This document shows, piece by piece, positions 59,333-64,000 of a stretch of 64,000 nucleotides of DNA (position 1 is the stretch's first letter; every line of letters starts with the position of its first letter). The notes under the pieces are model-generated. The model did no database searches. It was not told the origin of the DNA and saw only the letters and a list, made by a program, of their open reading frames with translations. The stretch is taken from positions 41,446-105,445 of the forward strand of contig DATIPQ010000098.1 of assembly GCA_035471785.1 (NCBI GenBank), in the 5' to 3' direction. The stretch comes from Acidobacteriota bacterium. GTDB lineage: Bacteria; Acidobacteriota; UBA6911; RPQK01; DATIPO01. Made by a program: the position numbers and the translations under genes.

Positions 59333-61556
59333 GCAGAACCTCCCATCTTTGCCGTACGGCTTGAGCGATGCTTTGCCGCGAGGGGAGCACGTATTCCCAG
59401 GCCGTCCCCAGGGGGATATAAGTGTCCTCTCCGCAAACTCGCGTCAGATGGGGCATTTCGTCCTGCAGGGCCTCGCACAGCAGGGCGGCGATTTCTTCCG
59501 ACAGTCCGCCGGTTCGGCGTGATTCGTCCACCAGGATGACGCTTTTTCGTCCTCGTGCGGCGTCGACGATCGCCTGGCGATTGAGCGGCGTCAGGAAATG
59601 CAGTTCCAGGATGGCAAATTCGATGCTCTGCCGGGAAAGGTCGTGCTGAGCTTGTCGGCTCAGGTAGCATCCGTTGGCATAGCTGATAACCAGAATCTCG
59701 GCCTCCTGCCGGCCGTGAAAGCTGACGTGGCCGAAGTCGAGTGTTTCCTGAGGAGCCGGGTAGGGAAAGAGCCAGTCGTCGTCCCCGGTTAGGTCCTTGG
59801 CCATGTAAAGGGCGATGGGCTCCAGGAAGAGCACGACGGCGCCGCATTCAAGCGCCAGGCTGACGGCACAGCGCATGGCGCGTACAGCATCGGGCCCGTT
59901 GCTGGCGGTGACGATGATGATGCCCGGAATCTCGCGCAGCGAAGCGAATCCGTTGTCGTTGTGGAAGTGTCCTCCGAACCCCTTCTGGTAGGCGAAGGAG
60001 GCGATGCGCACCACCATGGGATTGCGGAACTGGCCCTGAGAGAAGAACTGCAGCGAGCAGGCCTCTCCCCTCAACTGGTCAACGGCGTTGTAGACATAGG
60101 CCAGATATTGAATTTCGGCGATGGGCAGCAGGCCTATTTGTCCGGCGCCGATAGCCAGTCCCAGGATGGCCTGCTCGTCGAGCAGGGTGTTGAAGACCCG
60201 CCCCACGCCAAAGCGCTCGTAAAGCTCGGCGGTGACGTTGTAAACGCCGCCCTTGCGCGCCACGTCTTCCCCGAAAACGGTAATGCGCCGGTCGCTGAGC
60301 ATGAGGTCCTGCAGCCCCCAGTTGATGAGTTGGGCCATGTGACGCGGCTTGGAGTCCTCGGGAAGTCCTTTGCTGAAATGGCTGCGGCGCGTCGGCCGGT
60401 CGGCGCTGACGGGGCTGGGCAGGCGCGGCGGGGTCTCGGGCAGGAGGGGAGCCATCACCGAGGCCGCGCTGCTGTGGCGATCCCGGCGCGAGGCTTCACG
60501 CCCGGCGGCGCGCACCTGTTCGGCTATGGAATCGTAAAGGTCGAGGACTTCTCCCGGCGAGAGCACCCCCCGCTCGATCAATCCCAAAGCCGTTTGGATG
60601 AGCGGGTCGAGGGCTTCCTGGGCCTCGATTTCTTCCCGCTTTTTGTAAGACAGCTCGATGTCGGTGCCGGCATGGCCCAAAAGGCGCACGGTGCGCAGGT
60701 GAAGGAAGACCGGCCGCCGCGTCCTGCGGCAATAGGCCACCGCCTCCTCAATCTCGCGGTAGCTTTTGAAGATGTCGAGGGCGTCGGACTTGTAGTAGGT
60801 CAGTCCCGTGCGATGACGGTAGTTTTTGTCGACCCATTCCCCCGGCGTCCGCACCGAGATGCCGATGCCGTTGTCTTCGCAGACCAGCAGCAAGGGAACC
60901 GGCAAGCGCTGGAAATCGGCCCAGGAGGCCGAGTTGAGGGCTCCCAAAGCGGTGGAGTGGTTGACCGAAGCGTCTCCGAAAGTGCAGATCGCGATGGCGT
61001 CGCGGGGAACTCCTCCGCAACCCATCAGGTCGAGACGGCGCCGCCGGTCCATGAAAAAGGCGTAGCCTACCGCCTTGGGCAGATGAGAGGCGATGGTGCT
61101 GGTCTGGGGAGGAATGTTGAGGCCAAGGCTGCCCCAGACCTTGTGGCGTCCGCCCGAGATGGGGTCCTGCCTGGAAGCGCACAGGCCCAGGCAAGTGTCG
61201 AATATGGGGGTTTCTCCGGCCACTTGACGGGCCCTGGCCAGGTAGAATCCGCCGCTGCGGTAATGCAGGAAGGCCGTATCGGTGGGACTCGTAAGCTGTC
61301 CCAGCATGGCGTTGCCTTCGTGTCCCGCCGAGCCGATGGTGTAGAAGCTCTTGCCCTCAGCCTTCAGTTCGCGGGCGACGTAGTCGAGCCAGCGGCTGGT
61401 GATCTGGCACTCGAGAAGCTCCACCGCGGCTGCAACGGTCAGCCGGGAGTTCCTCACCAACAGGTCGTGGGGAAGAAAAGAGACCCTTTTGAAGGCAGCT
61501 TGGCCTACGCGGGTACGGAAGTTCTCATCGACGATCTGAACGCGGTTGATCGACAT
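59325..61556 (-). CDS. 2-oxoacid dehydrogenase E1 component, fused alpha and beta subunits (TPP-dependent)
   Basis: 743 aa. The N-terminal half is the E1-alpha TPP-binding region (GDASVNHS...EDNGIGIS). The C-terminal half is transketolase-like E1-beta. Confidence 0.85.
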   Translation of the reverse strand: MSINRVQIVDENFRTRVGQAAFKRVSFLPHDLLVRNSRLTVAAAVELLECQITSRWLDYVARELKAEGKSFYTIGSAGHEGNAMLGQLTSPTDTAFLHYRSGGFYLARARQVAGETPIFDTCLGLCASRQDPISGGRHKVWGSLGLNIPPQTSTIASHLPKAVGYAFFMDRRRRLDLMGCGGVPRDAIAICTFGDASVNHSTALGALNSASWADFQRLPVPLLLVCEDNGIGISVRTPGEWVDKNYRHRTGLTYYKSDALDIFKSYREIEEAVAYCRRTRRPVFLHLRTVRLLGHAGTDIELSYKKREEIEAQEALDPLIQTALGLIERGVLSPGEVLDLYDSIAEQVRAAGREASRRDRHSSAASVMAPLLPETPPRLPSPVSADRPTRRSHFSKGLPEDSKPRHMAQLINWGLQDLMLSDRRITVFGEDVARKGGVYNVTAELYERFGVGRVFNTLLDEQAILGLAIGAGQIGLLPIAEIQYLAYVYNAVDQLRGEACSLQFFSQGQFRNPMVVRIASFAYQKGFGGHFHNDNGFASLREIPGIIIVTASNGPDAVRAMRCAVSLALECGAVVLFLEPIALYMAKDLTGDDDWLFPYPAPQETLDFGHVSFHGRQEAEILVISYANGCYLSRQAQHDLSRQSIEFAILELHFLTPLNRQAIVDAARGRKSVILVDESRRTGGLSEEIAALLCEALQDEMPHLTRVCGEDTYIPLGTAWEYVLPSRQSIAQAVRQRWEVLRG

Positions 61557-61570
61557 GCAGGAGGAGGAGG

Positions 61571-62248
61571 TTACTTGTTGATCAGGTCCCTGATGCGGTC
61601 GATCGTACCTTCGGGATTGCGCATGGCTTCCCGCCGGGCCTGTTCGGCGATTCGGCTGATGATCTGCTGTACCAGTTGGCCCTGAGTGACTCCTTCGCCG
61701 CCTTCGCCGCCGCCCACGTTCTCAAGCGTCACCTTGGGGACCTCGACTTTGAGACCCTGTGCCAAGGGCGGGAGATTGACGGTGGCAACGATGTTTTCAA
61801 CCACGACTTCTTCGATGACGAACCTCTTGCCCCCGCCTCCGTCGGCGGAGTCGTCCGACGACCGGTGCTTGCGCAGGTTCTCTTGGATCGTCTGGATGTT
61901 GGTGCGTCCTCGGGAGCCCTCAACCCAGATTTCGACATTGCTGACGTGAAGGCGCGGAGCCACGATCTTGTCCGCCAGCAGCGTTCCCAGGGAGACGTCT
62001 AGATGGAGGTCGCCTACCCGGGCCAGATGGGGCGACTGAAAGCCTTCGGGATTGTCGATTTCGAGTCCCGACAGGCTGAATCCGCCGCTGAGTATGCCCA
62101 CGTCCACCGAGCCGGCATGAACCGCCACACCGAGTGCGCGGCTGCCCTGGTTTTCGATAGCCGAGGCGGCGATGGAATCGATAAACAGACCTACTGTCAG
62201 GAAGGCCAGCAGCAGGACGACGACAACGGCGATGGCGATCTTTTTCAT
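61571..62248 (-). CDS. Hypothetical membrane-anchored protein
   Basis: N-terminal TM helix (IAIAVVVVLLLAFLTVGLF). It is the first gene of the E1/AT operon. Confidence 0.5.
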   Translation of the reverse strand: MKKIAIAVVVVLLLAFLTVGLFIDSIAASAIENQGSRALGVAVHAGSVDVGILSGGFSLSGLEIDNPEGFQSPHLARVGDLHLDVSLGTLLADKIVAPRLHVSNVEIWVEGSRGRTNIQTIQENLRKHRSSDDSADGGGGKRFVIEEVVVENIVATVNLPPLAQGLKVEVPKVTLENVGGGEGGEGVTQGQLVQQIISRIAEQARREAMRNPEGTIDRIRDLINK

Positions 62249-62383
62249 GGCTTCTCCAGGATGTCGGGCTCAGAATAGCAGATTGCCGGCCCTTTCACCT
62301 GACGGCTGTGCGGGTTGATGAACGAGGTTCGCGCCCGCAGGAGCGGGTGTTGTAGACTCTTCCATGGTATGGGAGACGCGAGT

Positions 62384-62860
62384 ATGGCATTGTCGGCGGA
62401 AAAGTTTCGCGCTGTCATGAGGAATTACGCCATGGGCGTCACGGTGGTCACCACCCAGGGCTTGGCTGGTTGCCCATACGGCGTTACGGTAACCGCCTTT
62501 ACTTCTCTCTCGCTGGACCCCTTGATGGTCCTGGTGTGTCTCGACCAAAAACTGAGCGGGTTGGAGCTGTTCGAAGACTTCGGACGCATGGGCGTGAACA
62601 TCCTGGCCGAGGGACAGGAAGACGCTTCCGTCTTCTTTTCCCGGCCCAGCACCGACCGAACCGAATTCGACTACGTTCAGGGAGAGAACGGGCTCCCGCT
62701 GCTGGCCGACTGCCTGGCCTGGCTGGAATGCGATATCGTGCAGAGCTATCCGGGAGGCGACCACAAGATTCTGGTGGGCCGCGTCACCAATGCCGTGCTC
62801 CGCAGCGACCGCAAACCCTTGCTTTATTATGACGGCGCCTACGCCAGGTTGGCGGACTAG
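62384..62860 (+). CDS. Flavin reductase (NAD(P)H:flavin oxidoreductase, HpaC/RutF-like)
   Basis: GGGAG RBS 8 nt upstream of the ATG. FRAVMRNYAMGVTVVTT...FTSLSLDPLMVLVCL. Confidence 0.85.
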   Translation: MALSAEKFRAVMRNYAMGVTVVTTQGLAGCPYGVTVTAFTSLSLDPLMVLVCLDQKLSGLELFEDFGRMGVNILAEGQEDASVFFSRPSTDRTEFDYVQGENGLPLLADCLAWLECDIVQSYPGGDHKILVGRVTNAVLRSDRKPLLYYDGAYARLAD

Positions 62861-62886
62861 AAGTAGCGAGCAGCCTCTTGATTCGG

Positions 62887-62916
62887 GTGTGAACTTGTTG
62901 GCCACCTAGTGGCCCT
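62887..62916. repeat. Intergenic repeat copy 2
   Basis: Identical 30-mer to 56111..56140. It sits 27 nt after the flavin reductase stop and 62 nt before the kinase start. Confidence 0.5.
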
Positions 62917-62977
62917 AGAAAGGCGAAACTTTCCTCTACAAGTGTCGTAATGTAACTTGGTCGTCCCCTTCACAGCC

Positions 62978-64000
62978 ATGTCACTTGAAATAGGCAGCAA
63001 AGTCGGTCCCTACAAGATCTTGGACACCGTTGGCGCGGGAGGAATGGGCGAAGTTTATCGAGCCCGCGATACTCGGCTGCAGCGCGACGTGGCCATCAAG
63101 GTGCTGCCCCAGCGCCATGTCGACAACGAAGAGGCCCGGGCACGCTTCGAACGCGAAGCCCAGGCCGTGGCGGCCTTGTCGCACCCCAACATCGTTTCCA
63201 TCTTCGATTTCGGGTTCATCGACGAGAAGCCCTATGCCGTCAGCGAGTTGCTGCAAGGCGAGAGCCTGCGCAGCCGCCTCTCCTCAGGGCCGCTATCGTG
63301 GCAGCAGGCCGCCGAATTCGGCATGGCTCTTTCCGAAGGGCTTGCCGCCGCCCATTCCAAGGGCATTATCCATCGCGATCTCAAGCCCGAGAACATCTTC
63401 ATAACCGAGGACGAGCGAATCAAGATCCTCGATTTCGGTTTGGCCAGCGTAGAAGGCGTACAGCAGTTGGGCCCTCATTCCTCGGCCCCTACCGCCATTA
63501 CCAAGACCGAGCCCGGAACGGTTCTAGGCACCGTGGGATACATGTCGCCTGAGCAGGTGCGGGGCATGCCCACCGACGAGCGCTCGGACATCTTCTCGCT
63601 GGGCGCCATTCTCTTCGAGATGATCACGGGGCAGAGGGCCTTCCAGGGAGAGACGTCCAGCGACATCATGGCCGCCATCCTGCGCGACGAGGTGTCGGGA
63701 ACCGGCGAGTCGGGGGTGTCCATCCCGCTGCAGCTCGAAAAGGTGGTGCGGGGTTGCCTGAGCAAAGATCCGCGTCAGCGTCCTCAGAGTGCCCGCGAAG
63801 TCCGGGCCGAGTTGAAGGCCGCCTTGGGGGCCGCCGACAGCGCGGCCTTTACGCCCATGCCTGAGCCGTCATCGACGCACAGCCCTCCCCCGGGCCAAGG
63901 GCGGCGCGCCTCTATCCGGCCCGCCCTCTACGCCCTTGCTGTCCTGACGGCGGCGGCCTTGCTCTTCTACGCCGGTACACTTTTTTGGGACGGCTCCGAT
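62978..64000 (+). CDS. Serine/threonine protein kinase (partial; continues beyond window)
   Basis: GxGxxGxV...AIK, HRDLKPEN, DFG, and GTVGYMSPE motifs. A C-terminal Pro-rich linker and a TM segment are starting. No stop is reached, so the gene is absent from the ORF track. Confidence 0.85.
   Translation, partial: MSLEIGSKVGPYKILDTVGAGGMGEVYRARDTRLQRDVAIKVLPQRHVDNEEARARFEREAQAVAALSHPNIVSIFDFGFIDEKPYAVSELLQGESLRSRLSSGPLSWQQAAEFGMALSEGLAAAHSKGIIHRDLKPENIFITEDERIKILDFGLASVEGVQQLGPHSSAPTAITKTEPGTVLGTVGYMSPEQVRGMPTDERSDIFSLGAILFEMITGQRAFQGETSSDIMAAILRDEVSGTGESGVSIPLQLEKVVRGCLSKDPRQRPQSAREVRAELKAALGAADSAAFTPMPEPSSTHSPPPGQGRRASIRPALYALAVLTAAALLFYAGTLFWDGSD

Noticed and set aside
59266-61194. Several 150- to 575-aa plus-strand ORFs opposite the E1 gene
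   Set aside because: They are Arg/Gly-rich antisense shadows. The E1 fusion has clear TPP-binding and transketolase-like domains.

Overview
This is a 64-kb chromosomal segment of a high-GC (about 65%) bacterium. I infer it is most likely an Acidobacteriota-type genome from the gene content: an Acidobacteria-style secreted VWA protein, an ether-lipid ElbD-like multidomain enzyme, and multihaem/PSCyt-type cytochromes. Coding density is high. The six-frame track is full of long spurious Arg/Pro/Gly-rich ORFs typical of high-GC DNA, so I resolved genes by recognisable protein families and checked start codons against the sequence.

The window contains, in order:
- a chromate module (partial CHRD-domain protein and a ChrA chromate transporter);
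- housekeeping genes rnhB and pcm;
- a two-gene operon of an uncharacterised protein interrupted by one in-frame TGA, followed by a sodium:solute symporter;
- tRNA-Ser(GCU);
- a lipid locus: lipid kinase, an ElbD-like four-domain fusion (FAR + FAAL + ACP + AGPAT), a HAD hydrolase and a Zn-ADH;
- a divergent cofD-cofC-cofE coenzyme F420 operon;
- tRNA-Sec (selC), then deoC and an AmiE/AmiF-type amidase;
- the conserved rpmH-rnpA-yidD-yidC-jag-mnmE block, converging on mnmG-rsmG-parA-parB, with two parS sites;
- selD, itself a selenoprotein with an in-frame UGA;
- a methylmalonyl-CoA-mutase-type large subunit and orphan ABC ATPases;
- a HlyD adaptor with a MacB-type ATPase;
- moeA and moaC;
- a GT87/DUF2029 glycosyltransferase and a VWA protein;
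- an Rrf2 regulator followed by sufBCDSU and sufT;
- glmS and metH;
- a cytochrome b562, tri-haem cytochrome c and small-protein operon;
- a FabD-like acyltransferase with a fused E1 alpha/beta 2-oxoacid dehydrogenase;
- a flavin reductase and a partial Ser/Thr kinase.

The most noteworthy signal is a selenium-utilisation signature that the ORF track cannot show. The window holds tRNA-Sec(UCA), a UGA-containing selD, and a previously unannotated candidate selenoprotein gene next to the symporter. Its in-frame UGA is followed by a hairpin with the same CCGGAGG apical motif as the selD SECIS. Other items worth following up are the ElbD-like ether-lipid cluster, a 30-nt palindromic element that recurs in two intergenic regions, and CTAG-containing operator-like palindromes.
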